Positions 29,304 through 43,573 of a DNA stretch of 64,000 nt are shown here, one piece after another. This DNA is from the human T2T-CHM13v2.0 reference genome, Homo sapiens. The number at the start of each line of letters is the position of its first letter. Within the stretch, counting starts at the first letter, position 1. The translations under genes were made by a program, and so were the position numbers. The notes below the pieces were generated by a model that worked only from the letters and a program-made list of their open reading frames with translations, made no database searches and was not told the origin of the DNA. Location: assembly GCF_009914755.1 (NCBI RefSeq), contig NC_060942.1. The stretch is one strand, 5' to 3'.

Positions 29304-32300
29304 ATAAAATTTTTTTAAAAATCTCAGAGCAGTTTAAGTACAATAATAGCCATCTTGAGGATGTATGTTTACCAAACATCAATACATATATATTTTCCAG
29401 GTTTTTACATATGCTGTTATCTCTGTCTTAATAAAAGACTAGAGATTAGAAAGCCGTCTCTTCACAATTCCAGAGTAACCTAATGATTCAAATCATTGGG
29501 AGGGAGATAGATAGGGAGGATTTTGAGGAAACGATTATGTTGTATCATAGCAGAAACAGATTTGTTTTAAAATTAGTTTTGGAAAAATGGCATGACATCT
29601 TATAAACCTGAGTATCTGACTACATACATATCTAGGCAAACATTAAACTTTTCCCCTACTGTTTATTTCAGGAGTAGTAGCATTTCCAAATCCATAGTTG
29701 TAATACATGAATGAGTTAGATATTCAGTATCTCTAGGCATATGTGCTAAGTTAAACATTGGAATAATTGTGCAAAAAATTCAAGGACTGAAAGCTGTTTC
29801 AGTCTGATATTTGCAACAGAGGCAACTCAGAGCCAAATTCGAAATGAAATTAACTAGATAATAGGAAATCCTATAAAGTAGTTACAGGAAAGAGAATATT
29901 AGTACATTTTTATATCTCTATATGCTCATTTGAAAAGGTATATAGTAAAAGAAATTATGTATATAGAAAAAGGTCTATGAAAAAAATTTGCCAAATAACA
30001 ACTAGGTACCACAAAGGTGTGGGCATTAATTTCCAAGATACTATGTTGCCCCTAACTATGCTCCTTTATTTCTACTTAACATCTCACTTACAGTAAAGAA
30101 AGCAGAAGAAAAAATAACGTAAAATAAGGTGATCATTTTTCAAAGCTAGAGATCCTTTAGAGGTTCTAATTTACTCCAAACGAACCTTTAAAAAATGGTC
30201 ACTTTTAGTCACATGTCATTGTTTTATTATTGCGATATAATTTAAAAAAATGAATACTACAGATACTCCTTATAAATGAACAGATGTACTTGTTAATGGC
30301 TCAGAAGTAGAGCAAGGCCTTTTTCATCTCAGTTTTATATCACTGAGTTGGTAATGACCCAGGTGAAAATATGTTTTAAGTGAATCCAGTAAATGATTTG
30401 TCATTTTATAAATAAAAATGACCTTAGGTTTATTTATTTCTTACTATGCTGAAATGCACAGATATAAAATCTTCATAGGAGGTATTCTACCAGTCCACCA
30501 AATGTTGTCTCATGTTTTCTATTTGATCTTTTACAGAAACGTACCATGTCTACCCCGCTATTTTTATAAGTAAATCTCATTGCCAGAGTTTCTTTTTCTA
30601 AGTAGTAACTGTATGAGAAAATATCTGAGAATGATATGCTGTGTTTTCAGATTTGTATAATTTTACAAGTCACTACCCACTGTGTTTCTGAAATATTCCT
30701 TTTCTCATGGAAATGCGAATAATGGTCTCAGTGTTACAATTTGTAGTTTCTTAAATTTGCCATGTGTATCAGATTCACCTTTGAAAGGTCAATTGAAGCA
30801 AAAAAGTTAGACGTTTTTGGAGATAGTTTTTACCTATAAGACTTCTGATTACTTAGCTGCCTTAGATACTTGGGATTACTAAAATCTCAATTTCCTTTCA
30901 AACTGAGAATGTTTGCCCTAATAGTAAAGGCAAAGAAAAAAATTAACTTGTTATTCAGGTAGAGAATAAAGGGAAATATAAGATGATGCAGATGGTAGGA
31001 AAATAGGTATAGGACAGGATCTTTGTGAAAAATAAGAAATTGTTTCATGAATTACTTGAAAAACATGTGAATTGCCCTCAAAGCTTAAGATTTATAATTA
31101 TCAAAATAATTGACACACCTTCAGAGGAGTGATTATTTCTTTGAAAAAGAAAATCATTTTAGAGTGGTCATATATTTTGCATTTATCTGATTTAATGGAA
31201 AATAGCTTTGTCTATTTTGTCAACTGCACACACATGTAATACATGTGTATACAAGAGGCATTATTTCAGAATGGCTTAATCAGCAGCTGCAGAAAGAAAT
31301 ATGCATTTGCAGAACCTATTGTGTTCCAGCAGGGGGCTATCGTGCATACATACAAATTAATAGCATGTTTGTTTACTTCAGTTTTCAAGTGAGTGGGGAA
31401 GTAACACAGCAGCAACACCAGCAGCAAAAGCCTCTTAGATTTGGGGAGCAAATTCCATATGTTCTGTCAGTAGATGTGAGGAAAACATTGGCAGATGTGT
31501 CACAAAGTAACTCAAATATGTGTTTAATACAGTGGGGGAAAATCTATGCCGCTAACACAAGATTAGCTATACACACAGTAGCTTTGATAATAATGTGAAA
31601 ATTTGAAAGTAAATGTGGAAGTGCCCTATGACAGCCATTTTTAATCAGTTCATTTTCTTGATAGGAGGCAAAGAAGAAGACACAGAAAACTTAAAAACTT
31701 TATTTTATTTACTTTAGGTGCACAGGTTGAAATTTACATGTTGGCCATACAACCATGTACAATTTTATTTTTTTGTATCACTAAAATTTATTTGACATAT
31801 TTTGTAGAAATTGCAGAGCTCTAAGTTATGCCAACAAATGAAAATAATATATAATATTCATATAAACACATTTGGTTTAGGAAAAGAACTTAATTACATA
31901 CATTTACAATGGCATGGATCCACAACATACATCCTCCACATGAGCCTATGAAACCTGGATTCACCACCAGGACAGCGAGATCTTGGGTCCTTTCTCCCAA
32001 GCTGGATTATCACCAATCTATGTCTTTGTGTGTTCCCATTTAACAAATTTAGCTTTGAAGTATTTGACTTCAAAGACTTGGGGTACATTGGATGACTTAT
32101 GTAGCATTTTAAGTTCTTTTAAAGCCAAAGTGTTTTAAAAATGAATATTAACAGATTTTTGTTTGTTTTTAAGATTTTTTTCCTATTGTTAGCAAGCTAT
32201 TTTGAAAGACTATTGTTATATATCTGATAAAATTTGACATTTTTATGGTATTGTACTTTATCCCTACTTTAAGCAACCCTAAGAATAACAAGTAGGTATG

Positions 32301-32626
32301 GAAAATGTTTGAGCCATACATATATGGAAACAACTTATTTACACTGTGAAAACTCCACTGAGGGCCAACATTTTTCTCATTATAATTCTAAAACATGTTT
32401 TAAAAAAAATCTCAAAAGTGTAGTTCTAGCTTGCTTAGGTATCATGTCTTGGTACCTTCACTAAGAATGCTATATACTTATGTGTAGATGTATAATTATG
32501 TACATGCAATGTATTTATGTATGTAAATATAGAATTAACATATTTGATTACCAGCATACAATGATAATTAAAAAGATAGATCTTAAAAATTGTTAATATT
32601 CCATTAGGCAGCCAGGTGTATCAATT

Positions 32627-32755
32627 AATTAATTAATTTAGAGATGGGGTCTTGCTCTGTTGCCCAGGTTGACCTTGAACTCCTGGGCTGAAGCAATCTT
32701 CCTGCCTCAGCTTCCAAAGTACTGGAATTAGAGGTGTGAGCCACCATGCCCAGCC
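32627..32755 (-). mobile_element. FLAM-like Alu monomer
   Basis: Antisense monomer with (AATT)n-type tail; tcaatt on both flanks. Confidence 0.88.
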
Positions 32756-35700
32756 TCAATTTGGATAGTAGTCAGGAGAAAGGTAAAGTTATTTTGATTA
32801 AAGTACATCTAAAGACAATTTGAATGTAACTCACTTTTGAAGATCTAGTTTGAAATATATTTTGATTGGACACATTTCACTATCATGTATTGTTTTAAAC
32901 TCAATACAGTATACAGTTTTATATATGCTTTTTATAGTCAGTGTGTGCTGATAATGCCATATCACATTTAAAATATCCTTGGGACTGAGAAAATAGAAAT
33001 AAAATGAAAATTTTAGAAGAATATTTTACTGGTCTGAAAATAGAAATCTTTTGCAGCTTTATTGACTAACATTTGTAGGGCTCTGAATGATGTGCTCAGA
33101 CTATTTATTTTGACTATATGCAGACATTGTACATAGTAAATCGTGTCTTAAGTCTGAAAGTTCGCTTGTTCTCCAGAATGTCAGTATTAACAAAGTTCAC
33201 TTTGCTAAGTTTGCTCTTGCTCTTTAATAATTAATCAAAATCTAATATTAGCAAATACACTTTATTACAAATAAAACAAGGCTCTAAAAAACCATAATAG
33301 AAAGTATTTTCTAGCTTAATCCAAATTATTTTAGTCTCTACATGTTGCCATTTAGTTTTCTGCTGTGAGATCTTACAGCTCACTGTTTTTCTAGTCATTT
33401 ATGTAAAGTCTTACAAAGTCACGGTTATTTTTAAAACTATGTCTTATTAAATGCAAATTGTATTTTTCACTTTGGAGGCAGCAAATAGTAAAACCAAATT
33501 ATCTTTGTACACGTATGATTCTCAAACATATTATTAAATATTTAAAAGTAAAGAAACACTTTTATTGTTTATTTTTATTTATCATGAACCAATAGACATT
33601 TCTGACCTTTCAAAAGGTTTTTAGGGTATATTGCAATTTATACTAAATTTAGACAATATTTGTATCATTGTGAATTTCGTTTGGACTCCATCTTGTGCCA
33701 GAAATTTCTGGCATAAAATTGTTATGTTAACACAAATCTTAATATAATGTGTTGGGTTAAAAAAATCCTAATGACATGTTTATTTTATAGTTTATGTTTT
33801 CAATATGGTTATTATCTTGACGGGAGTTCTGACTGAATTCAACCGCATTATTTTAATTTTTACTAGAAATTTACTTATATATGTCAGCTGTAACAAGTAT
33901 TATGACACTCATTTCTAAATAAAGAATTGAATGTTTAAGAACAGTTTTTTCAGGTCAAAGCACAGTTCTGAAAGTATTCTCGGAGTAGTAAATTGGTGGT
34001 ATCTACTTATCTAAGGTTTTAATACCTAATGCAATAATAAAGCCCCATCAATATATGGCTCAATAGCACATATAAAGTATCTGCTAGTAGTCCATCTCTC
34101 ATAAAACCGCCTTTAGCCTTAATTCAAATCCATTGATTCCTATTCCAGTTAAAACTGAAGAACTTAATATGTCTTTTAATCCTTTTATTGTAAGCCAGGA
34201 TAAAATTAATTTTACCCTAGCACTGCACAAAGCCAATTAACATGATCTTTAGAGTTATTTAGTAAAGTGCTTCAAACTGTTAAATTTATCTTGACCTCTT
34301 GGTTGCACTCTCTGACTGCTTTTTAAATGAAGTAATCAATACCTCATAGCCCTTTAAATAGCTTAAACTTCTCAAATATTTTACCTGTATTCTAGTTAAG
34401 CTGTAAGTAAAGTGTTTACTCCAGTTTGTGTAAATCTAGAGTCAATTATGCTAAATCTGAAGACAATTACGTACATTTGAAGAACACTCTGTCAAGTAAA
34501 TTGTTGTTTTAATCAAAATTAAAGCCTCATATTTTGTTATAAGTAACCCAATAATGAGACCACGTATCATTTTCACACAGAACATGTATTCTGTTTGCAA
34601 CTTAAAATGTAGAACATTAATGTCCTTTACCATCGCATATAGCTTCTCTTTTCCACACAGGGCTAGTTGAAGGTATTAATTTTCTTACTGTGATAGGGTG
34701 ATCAACCGTCCTGTCAAGAAAATGGATCTCCATGTCACCCCTTAGCATGATTAAATGGAGGCATGTCTCTGGAAAAAAAATACCAAATTTTCATGAGACA
34801 AATGAAACTGTAGAAAGGTTTACTTTTACAGAATTATTTTATTTTTAATATCTCAAAATCTTCCATTTGGTTGTCATTTTATTTGTAGGAAAACATTGCA
34901 ACTAGTTACATATTTCTTCTGTTAACAGAAAGTACAGGCAAGCCAATAATTTAAAGATATTTCCAAATTTGAAAAATTATAGGAATGAGAAATTGCTGTG
35001 TTATTTTTAGAACAGTAGCAGGATGGGCATCTCTCCCTTATAGAAACACTAATCAGTCAGTGTCTCCTTTAGGGACTCCTTTCCTTGTTCTTTTTTACCT
35101 CTTTCCTTGTTAATGAAGGGCTATCATCTTTTTAGATTTGAATACTGATAAAAATTACATACTGTAGAATTTCAGCATCAGTAGTGTTAATTGCCAGTTG
35201 GGCGGTGTTCTTATGAGCCTATGTACATGCCAACCTTTAAACTACACCAAGTGATGTACTTGACAGCTAATTAAGATTTCATATTTTGGCCACTTAGCAG
35301 AGGGTACCTGTTACAATTCTTTCCATTAGCTTAGGGATAAAATTTACAAATGATTGTTTGAAAGTACACTGTTAAAACTTCCCTAAAGTCTTAATTCCTT
35401 CCCCTGGAGTGGGAGTTAAGACAAAATTGAGGCAATTAAACAAAAGGAACATAAAGAAGGTGGGGGACCAGGGATGGAGGCGGAGCTCACCAAATGCCCC
35501 TGTTGTTTAATTTCCTACTGGAAGCAGCCCATGTGTGCTTCTGTGCCCCCTCCCGCTTCAAGCAGTGGCCATTGCAGAGGCTGAACGGCTGGGGTCAATG
35601 CCTTGCCTATTGATCAGTATCCCTGCAGTCCCGTGCTCCAGCAGCTGCTTCATTGGCTTCTTTCAGGGCCTGCTTCAGTACATTAGAATAGAAATCCATA

Positions 35701-37199
35701 ACCAGAGCTGTGCTCATCCAAGCAGGGGAAGAAACTAAATTAAATGGTATAAAACAATCTTGAATCAGGAGTTTGTGCCAATTCATCTTGATCTAAGATG
35801 TCACACCAGGCTCTCTGTCTGAGCACCTGGGCTAGAGGCAGCCATAGTGAAAATAGATGGAGCTGCGATCATTCATTTGTCAGCTAAGGAGCAAGGCAGC
35901 GGTTAGCAATTCCCTTCTGCAGAGGTCAGCTGACAGAACAATCAGTGCAACTGCAGAATAGAGCTTTCCTTTGAACTATTGTTATGGAGCATGCTCTTGC
36001 TGAGACATGGGGGAGGGGAGCTTGGTTTGCTTCCTGTTTCAAGAATACTATGTAAAGAGTAAAATATATAGTATGTGAATCTAGATGCTGTGCCACAGAG
36101 CTTTTCCTCCTTGTGCCTGTTCTTATACATAAACAAAGTTGGTTTTAAATGCATATCCTGAGATACAGATTATCAAAATGTTAAATATCACTTTTTCTAG
36201 AATTAAGGTTCTTCTAAACACAGAGGCAATGATTATTGATTTTTTTTTCTTCTTAGTATGGTTACGCATTTAGGTGGTTTTTTTCCCCCTTTAGTTACCA
36301 TAGCTATCACAGATTGGTGTCACACTTTGAATCTGTAATAGCATATACCTGCTAATACTTTTTACTGACATTTCCTCTCTGTCTTTAAAAAACTAAAACT
36401 TTCCATGAAGAGAGAGAAATGCATACTTTGGTATCAGACTAGAAGATATTTTAATTATTAATTTAAAATATTTTATAAGAAATATAATTCACAAAATATG
36501 ATTTATCATGACAAAATAATTTGTAACATTGGAGGGGCATCATTATTAATCAACCTGCATGTGATCTGAAATATCCTATACAAAATTCAACAAATTAAGA
36601 AAATGTTTCATAACTAAACTTTTACGTGAGCAATTAGAATAGTTTTAAAGATAAATCTATTATCTGTGGACTCCTTTTCGATTTTTCCTTTCTGTACACT
36701 ACCTAAAAGTGAATGGCAAACATCCAGAACTAACTTTAAAAAAAGAAAAAGAATAAAGTGTGATGTGCGGAAGCTAAGAAACCATAACAGCAACAAGAAG
36801 AAATCTTTTTTATACTCATAATTGCACCAAACATTTTAGGAATCCAAGTAAGTAATACTCTGGTGTTACCATCTTAGTTTTCTAGATAACCAATCCTCCT
36901 TTTTCCCTTACATACGTTAAGCCACTTTCTCACTCAGTTCTTTTTAAATTATTAGATTCTTTATAATATCCTATAATTTCCATTTCTTAGACTCAACTAG
37001 GTCTTCTTGCCAACATCCAGATTTTTTTGTGCCTTTCAGCACAGCTAAACAATGGAATTTAAAGTGTATACTATAAAGTCGTGTCCTCCAGAAGTTTTTT
37101 AAAGTCAGCTTCTGGAAAGGCTGTATCTACTTTTGTTACCAGGGTTGTTTTGTTCTGTTTTGTTTTCATCAGTAATTTTTAAAAGAACTTAGGATATGA

Positions 37200-38090
37200 T
37201 ATCTCAAATCTTTCTGCCATATTTCCATCTTCTCAGACCTCATCGTGTATTGTAAAGCTCTCCACTTCCCGTGTCTTCTGTTTAACATCACAAAACCAAA
37301 TCCACTGTAATCTCTCATCTTGATTTCTACAGTACCCCTCAAGTGATCACCCCACTTCTAATATTCTTTATACTATGCTTACAGTGGATTTTTGAAACCC
37401 TAAATCTAATTAAGCTATTCTGTAGTTTAAAACCCATCTTGCATACCTTCCCACTGTTTGTGGGATATAAATTGGAATGTGCATATGACCTACAGAATCA
37501 TATATGATCTGGCCCTTTCCTGCCTCTCCTGCTTCATTTTCTGCAGTTCTCCTCTAGAGTTATAGAGTTCCAGCCAACTTAGCTGTCCTTGAAATAGAAA
37601 TCCACAGACTCCTTCATGCTTTAAGTTCTTAAACATACTGTTTTTTCGATCCAGAAAGTTCTCATTGATTCTGTAACTTACACATTTCCAATGCCTGTTT
37701 AGTAGCCCTTAAGTTCAATGAGGGCAGGGCTTTACTTAACTGTATTAATTTTTATCTAGCATAATCCAGGCATACACAAGACCTGCAATTCTTACATGTT
37801 GAATAACTGAGTTCAGTAATGGATGGAATGAACTGCCACCACCACTGGTTCTTATTGTTGTTCACCTGATCATTGTGTGAGTCTTCTTTTGGTTTTCCTT
37901 GACACCAGTCTTGTTTGACCTCACAATTCATCCACCATACTGCCACTACCATGATCTAACAGTGAATGAATCTAACATCACCACCTTATACAGAACTATT
38001 TAATGGCTTTCAATTAGCCATAGGTTAGAAGTCTTCAGCTTGCCATATGAGGCCTCTCATGGTTTGGCACCTCTTTAGTTTGCCTTACCT
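37200..38090 (+). mobile_element. L2 fragments
   Basis: ccctaaatctaattaag..tttaaaaccc; tatgatctggccctttcctgcctctc; gagggcagggc..; gttgaataactgag. Confidence 0.55.
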
Positions 38091-38299
38091 CCAGTAATAC
38101 AGAATGACAAAGTAAAACAAATAGATAAAATAAAACAAAATACCAAAAAGTATTCAGAGAGCCTTGCTGCTAATTTCTCGGTTGGCATACCGAGCTTTGA
38201 GTGACCTTTGTTATACTCATTTAATCAACATATAGCGCAAAGAACTGAAAGCGGCCAGAAAAACTGGGTGGATTAGTATTAGAAAGAGCAGAAAGCTGA

Positions 38300-40000
38300 C
38301 CTCCAATCAAGATGGCTCCGGGAGTTCACTTTTTTAATCCTTCTGTGCCAAATACATTGCTATGATGGATAAAGTATACAAAGAGAAAACCAAAGAGACA
38401 TAACTAGGCTCAAAAAAGATATCTCTGTGGACCAGTAATGAAATAGAAATGTAATGATCTGGGCTGAAACCATTAGCTACTTTCCAGAAGCAGGCTTTTG
38501 GCTCCTATGAGCTAAAGAGGACTTACAATACATCATGAATAAAGTTTAAAGCCAGGAGCTAGGCTATAGCTTCCTCAGTTCCTGAAAGGACATTGAAAAG
38601 ATCTGAGTGCATTGCTACTCAGAAAAAAATTGATAAAAAAGAAGAGGAAAATGCATGTATTAAATACGTGACTGGCAATGTTAACCATAATGTAAAATAG
38701 TGGAAATAAGTGAGTTCTATTCAACACAAGAAACTAGAAGCAAAACAGAAGAAAGAGATAATCTAAAGACAGTAGAAGGAGAAATAATAAAAATAAGAGC
38801 AGAAATTAATAAGATAGAAAACAATGATACAAAAGATCAAAACCAAAGTACTTTTTAAAACTAATTTGGGGCTGGGCACAGTGGTTCATGCCTGTAATTC
38901 CTGCGCTTTGGGAGGCGAAGGCAGGAAGATCACTTGTGGCCAGGAGTACAAGACCACCTTGGGAAACATAGTGAAACCCTGTCTCTACAAAAATAAAAAT
39001 AAAAACCAAAACAAAAATAATCTGATAAAACATATATTTCCAGCAAAACTTTAAGAAAAGCATGAAAAATAATATTAGAGAAGGTATAAATACACAGTGT
39101 TTAAGGGATCCATATCTGCTGATATACTTGAGTTTTTTTAATCATATAGAGAATACTGTAAATAATTCCATACCAATAAATTTGAAAATGTAGATGAAAT
39201 AGATAATTCTTTTAAAATTATAATCTGCCAGAAATGACTCAAGAAGAAGAAAGTCAAACTAAATAAGGAGCTATTTATAATAAATATTCCTTCCTTCATC
39301 CTGCTACTTTTGCCACCATATCCTACCCTCTGACTCCACACAGGGAGTGTCTCGAAATGCAGACTTAATAGTTTTAGAGGAGAACTTTCATGAAACTTCA
39401 AGAATCCTTCAACTGTTTTCAAGGAATGATGGAAGGGGGACCTCAGGGACTGAGAGTGAACGTTACTTAACTCATTTCTGAGGCTCGTATTATGTTGATA
39501 CTAAGTATAGAATATGAAAAGAAAATTATAGACCAGTCTCACTTATGGACATGGATATAAAAAAGCCTATTAGCAAATTTAGTTCAGGGTCTGTCTGTTG
39601 GTGTGTTTATCTGTTGGTGTTATCTATCTGTCACTGCTTATCCATGCATACGTTTGTTTATCCAGGGTTTACCCCAGATATGGAAGCATAGTTCAAGGCC
39701 AGAAAATATATTAATTTATTTCAGGTAACATTGATATAATTATATAATAGATATAAAATTTGATAAGGTCAGAATTGTGGTGACCTTTAGGGCAGGAGGG
39801 CAAGGCAGTGAGGTCAAGACACAGTCCATGGTGGGCTTTGATAATACCCAGATTAATTACTTTATAAAAATTGGAAACCTTTGGAAAAACATCAGTATTT
39901 TATAAGGTTCATTAGTTGTGTACATGTTAGTCATGATTTCTTTATATATTTTCTACTAATTCTGTGGATGCTTATAATATTGCATAATAAATATCAAAAA
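38300..40000 (+). mobile_element. Ancient L1M fragments, interrupted by a FLAM
   Basis: A-rich ORF2-like motifs ataagagcagaaattaat, ccaataaatttgaaaatgtagatgaaatagataa and aaaattatagaccagtctcactta. Confidence 0.65.
38870..39018 (+). mobile_element. FLAM/AluJ left monomer
   Basis: ggctgggcacagtggttcatgcctgtaat...ccctgtctctacaaaa followed by an A-rich tail. Confidence 0.88.
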
Positions 40001-40519
40001 ATAATGGTAGACTATTTTTAGAATGGAGTAGAACTAAAAAAGGGTAGAACTATGTAAGTCTTAAAAGAATGTAGCAAGAGTGAGGTTAAGAAAGGAAATT
40101 TTAAGAAGTAACATTCCTATTATGCCCTATTTATTGGTATTCTAATCAAGATATAAAATTGTTTTAATTATTTTTGGGTATCCTTCTAATCTTTCTTCTG
40201 AATATGAAACTATGCTGAGCTTTGCTCCAGTAACAAGTATTTCTTCAAATATCTGATTGCTGTTTTGCATTCTGTGCCATACTGGATGAAATAATCATCC
40301 TTCTCCTCCTCGTATGGCCCATCCCTCTTATTGCCTGGAAAACTTACCCTTTGAGTCTTAAATCCAATGTGCTCTCTTTTTTTCATGCACTTGTGAGATT
40401 CTTAGAAACCTGAGCTGTTTATTTTCATGCTTGTTATTTTCTGATCCAAAGTAGATGCCCAATAAATATTTGTTAAATTAATGGGCACATTAATAAATTA
40501 CTCAATGAACAATCTTTCT

Positions 40520-41825
40520 AAAAAAACAAATGTACTGAGATAAGATGTATGTTGTATAAAATTCATCCTTTTAAAATGTGGAATTCAGTGATTCTTAGCA
40601 TATTTGGGGTTGTGCAGATATTACCTCAATCTAATTTTAGAACATTTTCATTACTCCCTAAAACTAGTACTTATTAGCTATTGTTAACCATTTTACCCCC
40701 ACTCCAGCCAACCACTAATCTGCTTTCTGTCTCTATGGATTTGCCTATTCTAAACATTTCATATAAATGGAATCATACAATATATGGTCTTTTGTGACCA
40801 GCTTCTTCCCCTTAGCGTAATGTTTTCAGCGTCATTTTTGTGGCATGTATCATTACTTCATTCCTTTTTTATTGCTGAGTAATCTAATTTTGTATGGATA
40901 TACTTAGATTTGTACAAAAGTAATCGCTATTTTTGCCACTGAAAGTAATGGCAAATACTGCGATTACTTTTGCACCAACCTAATACATTTTCTTTATTCT
41001 TCAGTTGATGGACATTTCAGTTGTTTCCAAGGCTATTTTGAATAATGCTGCTGTGAGCATCCATGTCTTTGTGTGTACATGTGTGTCATTTCTGTTTGGG
41101 AGATACGTTGGAGTGGAGTTGCTGGGCCACATGGTAACCCTATGTCTAACTTGTTGAGGAACTGCCAAGCTGTTTTCCAAAGTAGTTGTGCCATTTTTAT
41201 CATGCCCAACAACAAAGCATGAGGGTTTCCATTTCTGTGCATCCTCAACAGCACTGTAATGGTCTTTTTTATTGCAGCCATTCTCATGGATGTGAAGTGG
41301 TATCTCATTGTGGTTTTGCTTTGCATTTTCCTCATGACTAATGATGTTTAGCATCTTTTCATGTGCGTGTTGACCATTCATACAACTTTGGAAAAATATC
41401 TATTCAGATTGTTCTTATTATTGAGTCATGAAAGTTTTTATATATTCTGGAAATAATTTTTATTAGATAGGTGATTTGACAATAGTTTCTCTGATTCTGT
41501 GGGTTGTCTTTATCCTTTCTTGATTCTGTCTTTTCAAGCACAAAAGTTTTTAGTATTGATGAAATCCTATGTAAAATTTTTAAAAAATTACTGGTGCTTT
41601 TGGTATCATATCTAAGAAATCATTATATAATCCAGAATTACAAACATATACACCTATGTTGCCTTCTTAGAGTTGTTTTTTGTTTTAGCTGTTATATTTA
41701 GGATTATGATCAATTTTCAGGTTTTTTTTTGGAAGGTTAGAGATAGGGGTCTGTCTAAATTCATCCTTTTGCCTGTGAGTAACCATTTGTCCTAGTGCCA
41801 TTTGCTGAAAATGCTATTCTTTCCG
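40520..41825 (-). mobile_element. L1MB-like 3' fragment
   Basis: Antisense L1 3'UTR and ORF2 end; the minus-strand ORF fragment MQSKTTMRYHFT is L1 ORF2p C-terminal like. Confidence 0.9.
40904..40983. mobile_element. MADE1 (Hsmar1-derived MITE), 80 bp
   Basis: ttagatttgtacaaaagtaatcgctatttttgccactgaaagtaatggcaaatactgcgattacttttgcaccaacctaa, a near-palindrome. Confidence 0.92.
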
Positions 41826-41890
41826 AACGTGCAGTCCTGAATGTTTTTCTAATCATGTGTCTTTTTGTATATTGATTTGTTCTAAGTTGA

Positions 41891-42142
<252 letters not shown>

Positions 42143-43259
42143 TAAAACTTCTAATGCTGATCTGTTGCTTCTGAATACATATTATTTGTCAGCAAAATCT
42201 CATAACATTGACTATATCCTGAGTTTTAGCTCATTTAGATTGCTTGCGTGAAGTTAGAAAGCAGTACAATCTGGCACATTTCCCGTTAGTTACAGTAACC
42301 TGAACTCCTTTTTAAAAGTTAAAACATCGTCTTTTAAATGCTATTCTTAAAATAACACATTTCTGACCTTTGTATTTTTGCATTGTTCGTCAAGATTTTA
42401 GCCAGAATTTATGAAAGCTAGATTCAAGTTAAAGCTTTTAAAATAATTTCTGGAAAACTATGCAGTTTGTTCTGAATGTGGTTTGAAAAGTCAGGACTGG
42501 GGTGGAACACCAGTCTTTTCTTTTGAAAAGAAAATATATTCATTCTCCTTTCAATAAATAAATTCTCAACACATATTTGTTAAATTAATGGGCATATTAA
42601 TAAATTTGTATATGTGATAATACATATAAATAATACATGGGTTTATGAAAAAGAGCATACATGATGAATTATGAATTAACCCTGTAATTTAAAAAATATT
42701 CCAGTAACAGTTTTTAAATGACTATAGACTATAACAATCAAAATTCAAAGGGCTGTGTCATTCTACTCTCTTTGGTTCTGTGCTTGGTATGTTAATAATA
42801 GGTAAGGGTGCTTTAAAATAAGCTCTTTTGGTTCTTCAGTGTCAGAATTCCTTTCAGTAAGGTCAGAGTGGCATGTGGCACCATATAGCAAAATTATTTC
42901 TAATAAATTGTGTCCTCTTAAGGAACAAATATAGTCCAACTGAATACATCACAAAATATTCTTGTAGAACAAAATGCAATAGATCCTTTTGCTTTTTTGG
43001 CCTTTAAGCAAGAGAAAAAGATGCATGTTACTTTGTTATTTATGACAGCAGTGAACTTCACTGGACCATTGCCACATACTCTTGCTGTAAAACTGAGGGC
43101 CATGTTAGTGACTTTTATTATAAAAGCCCTTCAATAGACTTAGCTGCCCCTCCTATAACTGTTTTTTGAAAGACTTCATTCAACAAATACTTATTAGTGA
43201 TAATCTCTTGATCTCAGTTTGAGAATCAGAGTAATAACGTTTAAATTTAAACAATACCA

Positions 43260-43510
43260 CCACCAACCATAATGATGCAACTATTATGAGCACTATTTTT
43301 TTTTAGCTCTTTACATGCATTACCTCACTTCATCCTCATAATAACCCTGTAAAGTGGATCCCTCTTATCTCGATTTTATGCATAAAGCTGGTGGGGCATA
43401 GAGAGGTTTAGTTAACCTGGCAAGGATCATACCTCTGGGAAAGGAGTTTTTGTTTCCATCTAGTCTGTTGTTCCAGAGTTCATGCTTTTGACCATTATGC
43501 AAACTGCTGC
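43260..43510 (-). mobile_element. MIR
   Basis: cacttcatcctcataataaccctgtaaagtgg...ggcatagagaggtttagttaacctggcaagg. Confidence 0.75.
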
Positions 43511-43573
43511 TATTCAGTGGCTCCCAGTTGGAAAGGGCTTAATGACTAATATGTGCTGTAACTTTACAATTTA

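Noticed and set aside
31245-31598. 117-aa ORF with QQQHQQQ and a CAA|GTGAGT donor-like site
   Set aside because: GTG start, no recognisable homology and no convincing matching acceptor.
33696-33713. Perfect 18-bp palindrome tgccagaaatttctggca
   Set aside because: Chance expectation is about 0.24 per 64 kb (64000 x 4^-9), and the geometry is not a canonical NFI site.
39710-39730. tttcAG|GTaaca as a recursive splice site
   Set aside because: Poor polypyrimidine tract, weak donor, and inside an old L1 fragment.
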